Made by a program: the position numbers and the translations under genes. 64,000 bases of DNA. Source: Octopus sinensis. Taxonomy: Eukaryota. The DNA is taken from contig NC_042998.1 of NCBI RefSeq assembly GCF_006345805.1, forward strand, positions 204,972,001-205,036,000, in the 5' to 3' direction. Below the pieces are notes generated by a model, which saw only the letters and a list, made by a program, of their open reading frames with translations, searched no databases and was not told the origin of the DNA. Positions 24,646 to 38,394 of the stretch are shown here, piece after piece (the first letter of the stretch is position 1; the number at the start of each line of letters is the position of its first letter).

Positions 24646-25449
24646 GCTGTATATTCTAGCAATAACTGACCATGGGTGAGTGAGGAGTGTGGTGGCCGAA
24701 GCCCAATGACCAACAGGAGACATGGTCATGTGACTTGATCATGTGATAGTCAGACATTATCAATTGTTAAACAGGAATCGAATATGATAAGAACTGTTGT
24801 CAATGTCTGCTTCCCAGCAACGATGAGATGGCCACAAGAAGTATGGCAATTTTTATGATGACACCCAAAAGTGCCGTGGGGGAATTTGGCACCCAAACCT
24901 TCCTCACTAAGGCATCTTTTTTGTTCAATATATCCAACACATAAGGTGCAGACACGGCTGTATGGTGAAGAAGCTTACTTTCCAACCCTGGGGTCTTGAG
25001 TTCAGTTCCACTGCATGGCATTTTAGACAAGTGCCTCCTACAATGACCCCAGGCTGACCAAAACCTTGTGAGGGAATTTGGTAGATGGAATCTGAAAGAA
25101 ACCCAACATGTGTGATTGTTTCTGTCTTCAAATTATGGGATTGTTGTAAACGAGTCTCACCGTTATACAAGCAGTGTCATTCACTAATAGTCTACAAGGG
25201 TTGGCAACAGGAAGGGCATCCAGGCACAGAAAATCTGTCTTAATAAACTCCATCCTACTTATGCAAGAAAGAAAATGATGATAATGATGGTGATGCTATC
25301 AAATATAAACATGAGATATCCCAGCACAGGTGGGTTTGCTAGGTTTGTGTTCCACTATTTCTGTGTTCAAAGTCTGAACAGACACAGTTTAAACCGACTT
25401 CAACGTATGATTGTATTTCTGTTGTCAGTTAAATCAATCTTCTCTTTAA

Positions 25450-25670
25450 CCCTTTCGTTAACAACCCGGCTGAAACCAGCTCTGGCTCTGAGTACAAATG
25501 TCTTGTTTTCATAAGATTTGAATTAAAATCTTCCACCAAATCCTAGTCACAATTTATGTTCCTAACACCAGCTGAATGATAACGAAGTTATTTTATTAAA
25601 TTCTTTGTTATATTTGAAATTAATTGAAAGAAACACAGAGCATCTCAGCAGAAATGTGGTAGCAAAAGGG
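25450..25670. mobile_element. piggyBac-type MITE
   Basis: TTAA at 25446-25449 and 25671-25674; CCCTTTCG/AAAAGGG ends. Confidence 0.85.
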
Positions 25671-25701
25671 TTAAAATATATAATAGAGAAACAATTCTTA
25701 A

Positions 25702-25925
25702 CCTTTTTGATACCAACCCAGCTGAAACTGCCTTTGGCTCTGAGTACAAATCTCTTGTTTTCATAAGATTTGAATTAAAATCTTCCACCAAACCTTAGTC
25801 ACAATTTATGTTCCTAACGATAGCTTAATGATAATAACTAAATTATTTTACTAAATTCTTTGTTATATTTAAAATTAATTGAAAGAAACACAGAACATCT
25901 CAACAGAAATACAGTAAGGAAAGGG
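25702..25925. mobile_element. piggyBac-type MITE (tandem neighbour)
   Basis: TTAA at 25698-25701 and 25926-25929; same internal sequence and orientation as the copy at 25450. Confidence 0.8.
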
Positions 25926-28257
25926 TTAACGACCTTAATGACCCTGGGGAAGCATGAACATTGTATTATCAACTTTTTCCTTTCCAGAAATTAAGTAAAT
26001 TCATAATGAAGTTCCTGAATCTTAATTATTTTTACTTCAAACCACAGCAGCAACAGGGTCACACGATATTAAAATAATAATAATAATAATAATGATGATA
26101 ATAATAATGAAATTATTGTATCAGTGCTCAGGTGCACCACAATTCGTCAAAAGTGCATATAAAGCATCTGCAGTAATGTAGAAATGTCTGGGAAGTGAGC
26201 AGTGTATGAGTCCACCAAATCTTGCTCTAACCACATCTACCTGCTTAAAAAAAGAAAGGAAACATTGAGAAATGAGCTTCAATAGGGACTGTCATGGCTG
26301 GAACAATACCATCGACCTGTCCAATCAGTTAGGCCTCGGGTTAAACAGAAATAGTAATCGTTTTTGAGCTAATAAGGGTGTCTCTTTGTGGTCGAAGAAC
26401 ATGCAAGAAACGGCAGCTACATCTCTCTTTGAAGAGTGAACAATTGAGCCAGAAAGAAAAGGAAGTGATGGTCACGGCTAGAATACTTCTGACCATAGGT
26501 CTTCTCAGTCAGGACTGACCTGTGGTTAAACAAACAAATAAACGAACAAACAACAACAACGGCAACAACAACAACAACAGCCACAGCAACAAAAGACCTG
26601 TTTGCAATAAGAAACATCTTTCAAGAGGTTCCATTGGGTGGAACGAAAAATTAGAATTGAGACGTTCTTGTTCCCCGGGACCCGCCAAAATAAAAATATC
26701 CTCAACAAAATAAACACTGAACCAAAAATAAAGATTCGTTGGCGATCCGATACAAAACTGGTTTTGTTTCTTTAATTCATCCAGTTTTGTTTTCTGAAAA
26801 CATTTTAGAGACAGGACAAGAGACATTACAAGGGAGGTAATTACGAATACAATTAGTTGCAAAGAGTGCTCTCCCTTGGAAACTATACGCGACTCCTATT
26901 AAACACGACAAACGAACAAGGAATTTTAATTAAAAATGATTAATTAGTTAAAAAAGGGGAGGAAACTCTTGGAATTATAATGAAAGCCTTACAGACACAA
27001 AAACGGAAATGAGAGTACGAGAGCAGTAGATTGTATCCACTGTTACCCCAGCGTATGACTGGTACTGATTCTCACCCTTGTTCACTATATTTTGATTCGT
27101 AGCTCGTAAAACCCTCATAAGCCATTTATCTACTAGTTTCCTTTGCGACCTTGAAATCAAAGCACAGGAGACCTCGTCAAAAGCTCTTCCCCTGCTACAC
27201 CCAACACCAGAGACAGCAGTTTACTCATAGACATGAACTCCTTTTCAAGTTGTCTCACAAGGAACAGGGTGACACTTCGTAGGACAAAACCGAATTCTAT
27301 GTTGTCTCAATTAATCCAGTCCCAAATCAGTTTCGCAAAAACCCTTTTCTGTAATTTTCACAACTTTCTCCAACATGTCCACCCATCTAACACCTGTGGA
27401 CATGTTTACAAAGTCAGAAAACAGCACAGCTCCTTCCATGACTTTAGGAAACATTTTTTTATGCTAAGAGTTGCTGAAGCATGGAACAAACTGCCAGCAT
27501 CAGTTGTTAGTTGTCGGAGCACTGCATCCTTCAAAACTTCCATGCTTCCTGAGATTCGCCAACACTACACCTGATTTCCTCCCCTCCATACACACACAAG
27601 CATGTATCTAACTCATACACTGTTCGCTTCCCAGACATTTGTACATTACTGCATATGCTTTATATGCACTTTTTGACAAGTTGTGGTGCACCTGAGCACT
27701 GTATACAATAATCTCATTATTATTATTATTATTATTATTAATGTCTCCATAGTTTCCTCTCTCCCTCAACATCATCTACTTTACTCTTGCAGAAGGTTAT
27801 GTGCGCATGTCACTTAGAACCCGTGGTGGACAATGCTGACCCACACATCATTCCAGTTGATGCAATCAGCACAGGGCAGCCTGCTTGTGAAAGTGCAAGT
27901 GGCTGAGTGCTCCACAGACACATATACTCTTAATGTAACTCTCAGGAAAATTCAGCATGACACAGGATATGATCAGGCCAGCCCCCATGGAATTACTGGT
28001 ACAACTCATTTTTGCCAGCTGAGTGGAGTGGAGCAACATGAAATAAAGTGTCTTGCTTAAGGGCACATGCTGCCAGGAATCGAACTCACATCCACACAAT
28101 CCTGAACCAAATACCCCGGCCACTAAGCCATGTTTTCACACCGTAGGATATTACAGAACTGAGGCCTAACTGCTTTTTGTGAATTTCAAAATATTTTCTC
28201 TGTCGTTCAGACGAAAATAGTGAAAGAAAGGAAATGAAAAAAAAAAAGTCAACTGAC

Positions 28258-28408
28258 CTGAGAGAGATGTGACTGTCCACCATGAGTTTACCAAATTTGG
28301 TCATGTCTCCAGAAGAAAGAGCTTTGCCTGCTTCTTCAGTTCTGCTAATTTCTGTTATTACATGGCGTATCCGTTTTACCGTTTCTTGGTCCAGTTCATC
28401 TTTACAAG
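28258..28408 (-). CDS. GALK1: Galactokinase exon 5 (CKDELDQETVKRIRHVITEISRT...SHISLR)
   Basis: Polypyrimidine tract + CAG acceptor, GTCAGT donor, 151 nt, phases 1/2 consistent; RxRHV..E and SH.SLR motifs. Confidence 0.96.
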
Positions 28409-30053
28409 CTGGGGAAAAAAAAGAAAAAAACACATTTTTTACTTCTGAATCAAATACAGCTTCATGATGATGATGGTGGTGGTGGTGGTGGTGTTGGTGG
28501 TGGTAGTGGTGGTGGCGGCAGAGGAGGAGGAGGAGAAGAAGAAGAAGAAGAATTCTGATATTATTGGTCTAAGAATTGTATAGAGTTAGTCACATCTGCT
28601 TCCAAACCCCATGGTTTCAAGTTCAATCCCACTGTGTAGCACTTTGGGCTGGTGTCTTCTAGTATAGTCTTGGGTCAGACAAAGCCATATGAGTGAATTT
28701 GGCAGGCAGAAACTGTGTGGAAGCCCATCGTCATGATACATACATATATGTGTGTTTGTGTGTGTGTGTGCATGTGACTGTATGTGTTTCAGTGTGTGTA
28801 GTGTATGTCCATTTGTGTTCCTCAGTCTTCATATTACGGGGTGGCTTTATATGAACATAGCCACCCTTTATTTTTCATCTTCTTTGAAAACATGTCCAGC
28901 CATGGGAAAGTATTACCTTGTCTGGAAACAGACGAGGATTGGTGACAGGAAGGGCATCCAGCTGTAGAAAATCTGTCTCAACAAAATTCCACCTGACCCT
29001 TAAATGTACGATAACGATGATGATGATGATGATCATCATCATCATCATCGTTTAACGTCTGTTTTCCATGCTAGCATGGGTTGGACGGTTCGACTGGGGT
29101 CTGGGAAGCCAAGAGGCTGCACCAGGCTCCAGTCTGATCTGGCAGTGTTTCTACAGCTGGATGTCCTTCCTAAAGTCAACCACTCCGTGAGTGTAGTGGG
29201 TGCTTTTTACGTGCCAGGGGAGGCTGGCAACGGCCACGATCGGTTGGTGCTTTTTACGTGCCAGTCAAGGCGATGCTGGCATCGGATGGGGCTTTCGGAT
29301 GGGGCTTTTTATGTGCCACTGGCACAGGTATCACAACTATCATCATCATCATTAAACGTCTGTCTTTCATGCTGGCATGGATTGGACGGTTTGACAGGAT
29401 GCAAAGGGTCAGAGGACAAAGTCAAGCTCCAGAGTTTATTTTGGCACAATTTCTGCGACTGGGTGTTCTTAATCCCATCCATTCCACAGAGTGTACTGGG
29501 TGCTGTTACCATGACACCTGCATTAGTCAGGTCATCAAGTAACTCACAAGACAAGCAGAAAGACCCCTCAGCTGATCGGGGTTGTAGCAGGGAGGGAGGT
29601 GGGTTTCATGCCAAGTGTTGAGGGGCTCAAGTAGAAGAAGAAGGGACAGACACAAATGTCTGGCTTTAGAGATACTCAACCATTTTTTGTCTATAGACTT
29701 GTTTGATTCCTATTTCACTCTGTCACCAGAACCGATTGACTGGCACCCGTGCCAGTGGCATGTAAAAGCACCCACTACACTCTTAGAGCGGTTGGCATTA
29801 GGAAGGGCATCCAGCTGTAGAAACCTTGCCAGATCAGATTGGAGTCTGGTGCAGCCTTCTGGCTTGCCACTCCTCAGTCAAACCATCCAACCCATGCCAG
29901 CATGGAAAGCAGATGTTAAACGATGATGATGATGAGAACCTTCAGAACCATTTGAAGGAGATAAAAAAAAATCTTACTGTCTTTTTACAATTAGACATTA
30001 TTTGCAATTGTATAAAGAAATTAAAATATTTTGTGTATTAGCAATGCCCCAGC

Positions 30054-31188
30054 ATGGCCACAGCCTCAAGGCTGAAACATATCGGCCGAAAAGAGGTTGT
30101 CACAGTTCTAGGACAGCACTCTTCACCCTATGAGATGACATCTGGTGTACCACAGGGATCTGTTCTTGGCCCCCTTTTATTTGTTGCATATGTTAATGAC
30201 ACAGATGCCAACTTAAAGAACACCACAGTGCTGAAATATGCAGATGACATCAAGCTGTACCTCGAAATAAAGAGGTCAGATCCTGTACACGATAGATCTC
30301 TATTGCAAGCAGACCTGGACACAATGCAGCAGTGGATCATGGACTGGCAACTCAAGCTGGCTGTGGACAAATGTACCACCATGCATTTTGGGAGGAGAAA
30401 CCCAGCGTCCACCTACTCCCTCCACAACACTAATCTCAAAAAGTCTTCTTGTGAACGTGACCTGGGTGTTATTGTCAACAGCGATTAGCGTTGGACAAAA
30501 CACATCGCTAAAATTGTCAAGAAGGCTGAGGGTGTCTTGGCATCACTCACCAAATCTTTTGTGAGCCGCTCGCTGGCTATTTATCTGTGGCTTTATATAG
30601 CTATGGTAAGACCTCACCTGGAATTTGCATCACCGGTCTGGAACCCCTATCTTGCCCAGGATATTAATCGTCTGGAAGCCGTTCAGCGACGTGCAACCAA
30701 AAGAATACCCTCCATCAGGCATTTGCCATATTCTGAACGCCTTACTTCCCTGGGCATGGACACATTGAAACTCCGACGTCTGGCAGCTGACTTGGCAGAC
30801 ACCCATAAAATTATCAACCATCTTACAAACAATAACTCTGAGCACCTTTTCAAACTCCACCCGTCTAACACCCGTGGACATGTTTACAAAGTCAGAAAAC
30901 AGCACAGCTCCCATGACTTCAGGAAACATTTTTTCACGCTGAGAGTTGCTGAAGCATGGAACAAACTGCCGGCATCAGTTGTTAGTTGTCGGAGCACTGC
31001 ATCCTTCAAAACTTCCATGCTTCCTGAGATTCGCCAACAACACACCTGATTTTCTCCCCTCCATACACACGCAAGCATGTATCTGACTCATACACTGTTC
31101 ACTTTCCAGATATTTGTACATTACTGCATATGCTTTATACGCACTTTTTGACAAGTTGTGGTGCACCTGAGCACTGTATACAATAATT

Positions 31189-31215
<27 letters not shown>
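30054..31215 (+). mobile_element. CR1-clade LINE, RT-containing 3' fragment
   Basis: SGVPQGSVLGPLLF, KYADDIKLY, RPHLEFASPVWNPY; in-frame stop near 30488; (ATT)n tail. Confidence 0.92.
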
Positions 31216-31220
<5 letters not shown>

Positions 31221-31901
31221 TTTATAAAAGAATTGTAGAAGAATAACTGATTTATTGTAGATAAATTTTAATAAAATCATGTATGGAGCTTGGTTGAGAA
31301 CGACTGGTTGAGAGGATATATATGGCCACCCTGTTTTATATAAGGGTGGGTGGTGTAGGTGGAAAGAAGATGGTGGTGATGAGGTGTCAGAGTGTACTCT
31401 CAAAGTTCAATAAAGTGAGTACCAGAGAGAGAATATGGACAAAGAATGGGGAATGTGCAAGGTGAAAGAAATATGAATAGGTGAGAAAGGAAAGGGTGAG
31501 AGCTGAATTATGGGTAGTCAATGGGAAATATAGAGTTTGGGAACAAGGTGAAAGAGATATGAATAAGTGAGGAAGGAAGGGGTGAGAGCTGAATTATAAT
31601 AGAACTGTAAACAGGTGAGAAAAACAGAGCTTATGTGTGGAGAGAAGAATTGAAAGAGAGACGGAGGTGAGAGAGAGAGACGGAGGTGAGTGGTATGTAG
31701 GAGTTGGTTGAGAGACAAACAAGAGTTAAGTGGCAGGGGAGGTAACAAGAACATAGTCTTATGTTGATTTAACAAAATAATAAATTAAATGATCATGATT
31801 TCTATGTGAATTTGTTAATTTAATGAAATAATTAAATGGAATTACGTTGAGCAGAAAATATTTGAGTTAATTTCTGCTTGAGGTACACAACACTGATTTA
31901 C

Positions 31902-32083
31902 CTTCAAGATCTTCCATTTTGGCATCTCTGAGAGAGTCTTTGGACATAAGCTTTGCTGCAAGTTTACACTGATCCCGTCGTGAAGAATATTCCGTTCCTG
32001 TCAGTTCATGTTTTACATTGGAATTGGTAATCAAAACAACAGTTTCAGGATCTTTCATGGCAACCAATTCGGATTCCATCGAT
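31902..32083 (-). CDS. GALK1: Galactokinase exon 4 (SMESELVAMKDPETVVLITNSNVKHELTGTEYSSRRDQC...)
   Basis: AAG acceptor, GTAAAT donor, 182 nt; NSNVKH.L...EY..RR.QC motif. Confidence 0.96.
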
Positions 32084-32759
32084 CTTTAGGGAAGATAAGA
32101 AAATTTACAAGAAATTTCAATGCTTTTGGGATAACTTCGTACACACAAATAAATATTTTATTGTTTCTAGGTAAAGGCATGCATCTATGCTTAACTCCAA
32201 AATATTACGAATATGAGCGCTAAGAGTACCATACGAGTGAGATCGCTGTCAGAGCAACAAAATGGCTTTCTTGCCGATGGCACGTTAAACACACCATTTG
32301 AGCGTGATAGTTACTGCATCGCCTTACTGGCACTTGTGCTGGTGGCACGTGAAAAACATTCGAGCGAGGTCGTTGCCAGTGCCGCTGGACTGGCTCCTAT
32401 GCAGGTGGCACATAAAAAGCACCATTTGAGCATGACCGTTGCCAGTGCCGCCTGACTGACCCTCGTGCCGGTGGCACGTAAAAGCACCCACTACACTCTC
32501 GGAGTGGTTGGCGTTAGGAAGGGCATCCAGCTGTAGAAACTCTGTCAGATCAGATTGGAGTCTGGTTCGCCAGACCTCAGTCAAATCGTCCAACCCATGC
32601 TAGCATGGAAAGTGGACGTTAAACGATGATGATGATGGTGATGATGAATGCAAAACCCTTGCAACTGAATTCTCCATAAAATATTTACAACAACAAAATC
32701 CTCAACTTTTACCTTCTCAAAACACAAAAGGTAAATTTTCTAGTGTTCAAATAACATCA

Positions 32760-33090
32760 ACAATTTTCTTCCCAACTACATGGTTCCAGGTTCAACTCCA
32801 CTTTGTGGGACCTTGGGCAAATGTCTTCTATAGCCTCAGGCAGCTGAAAGCCTTGTGAGTAGATTTGGTAGATGGAAACTGAAAGAAGCTTATTGTATGT
32901 GTGTGTGTCTTTATGTCTGTGTTTGCCCCTGAAACCCCTTGACAACTGGTGTTGGTGTGTTTACATCCCTGCAACTTAGCAGTTTGGCAAAAGAGACCAA
33001 CAGAATAAATACTGGGCTTATCTATTAAAATTCTTCGTGGTGGTGCTCCAGTATGGCCACAGTCTGATTGAAATAAATAAATGATAAAAG
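32760..33090. mobile_element. Decayed family-1 SINE pieces
   Basis: Recognisable GGACCTTGGGCAAATGTCTT and GGTGCTCCAGTATGGCC segments. Confidence 0.6.
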
Positions 33091-33271
33091 AATTAAACCC
33101 TAATTAAACATCTGCGGACCAAATAACCCTTTCACCTATTCACATTCTTCTGTGACCCCTAAAATACAAAAATGACTAAATTTCTATAGCATCCTCAGGA
33201 CTTGAACCTGACATGCTTAAATGACAGAATAAGAAAAGGGGTGTGTGTGCTCAACACATTGTCTAGGAGTT

Positions 33272-33477
33272 ATACTCTTTTACTTGTTTCAGTCATTTGA
33301 CTGCGGCCATGCTGGAGCACCGCCTTTAGTCGAGCAACTCGACCCCGGGACTTATTCTTTTGTAAGCCCAGTACTTATTCTATCGGTCTCTTTTTGCCGA
33401 ACCGCTAAGTGACGGGGATGTAAACACACCAGCATCGGGTGTCAAGCAATGCTAGGGGGACAAACACAGACACACAA

Positions 33478-33508
<31 letters not shown>

Positions 33509-33679
33509 CATATATACGACAGGCTTCTTTCAGTTTCCGTCTACCAAATCCACTCACAAGGCATTGGTCGGCCCGGGGCTATAGCAGAAGACACTTGCCC
33601 AAGATGCCACGCAGTGGGACTGAACCTGGAACCATGTGGTTGGTTAGCGAGCTACTTACCACACAGCCACTCCTGCGCC
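33272..33679 (-). mobile_element. Full-length tRNA-derived SINE (family 1)
   Basis: Reverse complement of 19011-19430. Confidence 0.85.
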
Positions 33680-34119
33680 TATAATTATATTTATAATTAT
33701 TTTTCAAAAACCTGTCTTCTGATGTGGTCCCATGCAACTTAAAGCTTTGAGGTTTGTCACAGGAACCAAGCTGATCCCTTGAGCCGACGAAACTTTAATT
33801 GGTACAGGGACCAGGGACCAGATCAGACTGGTTTTAAATAATAATAATAATAATACACACACACGCGCGCACGCATTAAGGTTTGTTTCTATATTGAGTT
33901 ATAATAAAATCCTTCTTTGTAGAGTAATACGTGTGGACATATTTATTATTATTTTACAAGATTAGCATCAGCATTGAATTTGAAGGGTCAGCTTGCTTAA
34001 CCTCCATCCTTATCAGACTGTGTGTGTGTGTGTCTGTGTGTGTTTGAGTGTCTTTTTTGGAACATTGAAACCTGAGGCAAATAAAGCTACTTATAATTAT
34101 TTCAAATTAGTTCCATCAT

Positions 34120-34350
34120 GTACTGCCTGGTTTACAATCCGGGTGACTAGGCCATAGCCCAAACCACCAGATGTTTTAAGCATCTCAGTGGTGATTCCTG
34201 ATGGGCCAGGGGCTTTTCCTGGCTTCATACCCTTAATTGCTTTATCTACCAGGGTGCTGTCTATTCGGATAGCTGCTCCCTCTACTGGGTCAACATTTGG
34301 CAGGCTCTCCTCCTCCCATTCATTCTCCACACTCAGCAGTCACACACCCG
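34120..34350 (-). mobile_element. RTE-clade LINE fragment (pre-RT region)
   Basis: VDKAIKGMKPGKAPGPSGITTEMLK motif. Confidence 0.75.
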
Positions 34351-34595
34351 CGCACACAGGGTTACCATTTATAGCTGAGTGGACAGAAGCAACATGAAAT
34401 TTAGCTCAGGGTCATTATGTACTGCCCAGTCCAGGAATAAAACTCACGACCTAGCAATCGTGAGGGCAATGTCCCAACTATTCAACCATACACCTCCCCA
34501 GATATAAAGGAACCGTCTACACTTGACACCATTATTGGAATTGCTGAGATAATCATAAGAAAACCATGAGCAAAGTTTGTCAAAGACTTCCTCAC

Positions 34596-34851
34596 CTGCA
34601 ATCAATTAATAAAGCATAACCACTCTGTCCCTTGAAAGAGATTAGCTGATCCATAATCCCACAGGGAAGATTAGCAAAATTATGTTCAGCACTCTGACAG
34701 CTGAGAGCTTTCTCATCTTTGTTGTTGCTTTTGTTGTCAGTTAATAAGTCGAGCAACATATAGACAGACACTTCAAGGGCGGCTGAACTGGACAAACCTC
34801 CACCAAATGGAACTGAAGACACAATCACAGCATCAAAGGGACACGGTTTTC
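34596..34851 (-). CDS. GALK1: Galactokinase exon 3 (GKPCPFDAVIVSSVPFGGGLSSSAALEV...CGIMDQ...LLIDCR)
   Basis: TTTTTACAG acceptor, GTGAG donor, 256 nt; GHMP ATP-binding P-x-G-x-G-L-S-S-S-A and catalytic CGIMDQ. Confidence 0.98.
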
Positions 34852-35789
34852 CTGTAAAAAATTACATCAAGGATTAATTATTATTTGCAGAACATCTCAA
34901 CTGTTTTCATACCAATCCATCCAAGACCACCACTAAACAACTTAATATTATAGTAGATGCACTGACAATATATAATTATAGATATCACCACCACCATTTT
35001 ACATCCACCGTCCACCCTGGCATAAATTGGTCAGGTGATCATAAAGGAATGTCAACTATTATTCAGAGTTACTGTTCTCTCCTCCCACCACCTCCCCAAT
35101 GCGATCCTTTCCAGCTGAACACAGCCGGGTACCCTACCCATCACCAACCTCTACACAGAGGTTGTCCCATCCTTCATAAAACTAAAAGACAAATAACACT
35201 AAAGACAATAAAACCCAGTCGTGTTGGGCCCAACATCTTCGACAAACAAATATTTCTACTCTACTTCATGTATTGAGTACTTCGTGGTTCTTCTTGTGAC
35301 TTTAAACTGAGAAAATTCAAAAATATATTTAATGTCTGTTTTCCATGCTGGCATGGGTTGGACAGGAGCTGGCAAAGGTGGGAGCCATACCAGGCTCCAT
35401 GGTCTGTTTTAGTATGGTTTCTATGGCTGGATGCCCTTCCTAATGCTAACCATCTTACAGAGTATACCACACACATACACATACAAACACACACATACGC
35501 ATACAAACACACACATACACATGTACATGCAAGCACTAAGTAGTAACTTGAACCCCTACATGGTCACTCAAGATGCTAGAAATGACAGCCAAATATCATC
35601 CATATCACATCTTGTCCTCTAAAATAAAGCAAGGCACACTGGATAATTAATGTACTCCAAGATATACTACAACTGAAAATAAACAGAAGGGATGATCATA
35701 AATCAGTCTGATCAGGGTATTCCTAGGGCTAAATAGCAACAATTTCAACTCAGACCACACAAAAGTGATGAAACAAAAACTGGTGCTAC

Positions 35790-35967
35790 CTTTGTAGTAG
35801 TGGACAACACCCTTCACATAATTGGCCCATTTTGGGGTCCCTGGTTGAAGGTCCTCAATGGCAAACTCCACATAATTGCATTCATTGACTTCCGGTGACA
35901 ATGTGAACACTCGACAAACAGACCTCTCCGTCTTCTTCCCAACTACCACCGTCACCAACGGCAACGC
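35790..35967 (-). CDS. GALK1: Galactokinase exon 2 (ALPLVTVVVG...PKWANYVKGVVHYYK)
   Basis: TAG acceptor, GTAGCA donor, 178 nt; WANYVKGV motif. Confidence 0.96.
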
Positions 35968-36059
35968 CTACAACAGCAACAATTTATAAATAAAGGCAGG
36001 AAAATATTTTTAAAATAAAACAATATAAATAATGAAAATATTTAAGAAAATAAATATAA

Positions 36060-36410
36060 ATGAAGCGAGTATGCTCTGCTGGATGTGCAATGTCAGTGTG
36101 CACGTGTGACAGTGCGAGTGTCCTGTGAGAAAAGATGGACATAAAAAACATCAGATGTGGTGCGCAAGAGAGATGACTGAGTTGGTATGATCATGTGATG
36201 CGTATGGATGAGGACAATTGGGTGAAGAAGTGCCAATCTCCAACGGTGGAGGAAATCTGTGGAAGAGGTAGTCACAGGAAGACATGAGATGAGGTTAAGT
36301 ACGCCCTTTGAACGTTGGGCCTCACAGGGGCAATGACAATTGACCGAGACCTTTGGAGATATGCTGTGCTTGAGGAGACCCATCAAGCCAAGTGGGATCA
36401 TAGTTGTGGC
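36060..36410 (+). mobile_element. RTE-clade LINE 3' fragment
   Basis: MLCWMCNVSV...LREKMDI...SWY.HV.RMDEDNWVKKCQS, same family as 16080-16995. Confidence 0.7.
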
Positions 36411-36514
36411 CAATGCCAGAGTCAAATAATTGGCCTCTTTAAAATCACCCTTTAATCATTGACTGATATGCTGTGCTTGTGAAGACCTGTTGAACTGAGT
36501 GAAATCATAGTCAT

Positions 36515-36760
36515 ACCAGTGCCATCTGACTGGCACCTGTGCTAGTGGCACATAAAAAGCACCATTCGAGTGTGGTCAATGCCAGTGCCGTCTGACTGGC
36601 ACCTGTGCTAGTGGCACATAAAAAGCACCATTCGAGTGTGGTCAATGCCAGTCCCGCCTGACTGGCACCTGTGCTGGTGGGACAAAAAAAGCACCATTCG
36701 AGCGTGGCCAATGCCAGTGCCGCCTGACTGGCACCTATGGTGGTGGCACATAGAAAGCAC
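36515..36760. repeat. ~61-bp tandem repeat, about 4 units, within a family-3 element
   Basis: CTGACTGGCACCTGTGCTAGTGGCACATAAAAAGCACCATTCGAGTGTGGTCAATGCCAGTGCC repeated. Confidence 0.85.
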
Positions 36761-36939
36761 CCACTACACTCCCGGAGTGGTTAGCATTAGGAAGGGCGTC
36801 CAGCTGTAGTAACATGGCCAAATTAGATTGGAGCCTGGTGCAGCCTTCTGGTTCGCCAGTCCTCGGTCAAACCATCCAACACATGCCAGCATGGAAAGCG
36901 GATGTTAAACGATGATGATGGTGGTGATGATGATGATGA

Positions 36940-37725
36940 GGCATGGCTGTGGGGTAAGAACCCTGATTCCCAACCACATGGTTCCGGGTTCAGTCCCACT
37001 GCATGACACCTTGGGCAAGTCTACTATAGACTTGGGCTGACAAAGCCTTGTGAATGATTTGGTAGATGGAAACTGAAAGAAGCCCGTCGTATACCTGTGT
37101 GCGTCTTTGTGTCTGTGTTTGACTCGCACACCACTGCTCAGCAACCGGTGCTTTTGGGTTTAAATCCCCATCACTTGGCAGTTTAGCAAGGGTCCGTTAG
37201 AATAAGTACCAGGCTTTAAAAAAAATAAGGACTGGGGTTGATTTGCTTGACTAAAGATTCTTTAAAGTGGTGCTCCAGCATGGCTGCAGTCGAGTGATGG
37301 AAACAAGTAAAAGAAAAATACCTTAAAAAGAAAATGTAGGCGTAGGAGTGGCTGTGTGGCATGTAGCTTGCTTACCAAGCACATGGTTCCGGGTTCAGTC
37401 CCACTGCGTGGCACCTAGGGCAAGTGTCTTCTACTATAGCCTCGGGCTGACCAAAGCCTTGTGAATGGATTTGGTAGACGGAAACTGAAAGAATCCCATC
37501 GCATGTATATATGTGTGTGAGTGTGTGTGTGTCTGTGTTTGTACCCCCAACATCACTTGGCAACTGATGCTGGTGTGTTTACGTCCCTGTCACATAGCGG
37601 TTCGGCGAGAAAGACCGATAGAATAAGTACTAGGCTTCCAAAGAATAAGTCCTGGGGTCAATTTGCTCGACTAAAGGCGGTGCTCCAGCATGGCCACAGT
37701 CAGATGAGTGAAACAAGTAAAAGAA
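36940..37725 (+). mobile_element. Two tandem family-1 SINEs (36940-37320, 37339-37725)
   Basis: Both show A/B boxes, the CORE-like segment and the tail. Confidence 0.8.
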
Positions 37726-38326
37726 TGCATAAAAGAAACCTTATAGGAAAGAGAATTTTTAAAGTGAGGATTTGAACCCGACTCGCTAAACTCCTGTGTG
37801 TACTTTAAAGTAAATTAAAGTATTTTAAGGGTCAGCAAATCTTTGAAATAGAGACAATGCCAGAACACAGTACTCAGTGGGAAGTATTTTTGTATCACTG
37901 AAAATAGGACGCTATTGTTCAAGATTACTGACTAGAAAAGAAAACTTGGGTTTAGTACACAAAGAATCCCACAAATAGAGAAGAAAAAGAAGTTTGTGAG
38001 ACATTGATGCCTTTCTGGAAGGTGCCAGAGACGTCAACATGGAATTGAAACTATGCACAGCAGGATTAACCAACAAAGGAGGATCCTCTAATTAAAGATT
38101 TTCAGCCTAAATTCATTAATGACAGAATATAGATCTAAGCAATCCCAAAAGATGTGGAAACTTGTTGCCTGTAAAAAACTTACTAAATGCAATGGAAACA
38201 GCATTGAATTAAAATTGCTATCTGTGTATTATACTAAATGTATATACACTGTTGAAAGACATGATGCTGTGTAATTGTCTGTGATAAAATCTCTCCATAG
38301 ACTTTCATTGTTAAAAAATAAAATCA

Positions 38327-38394
<68 letters not shown>

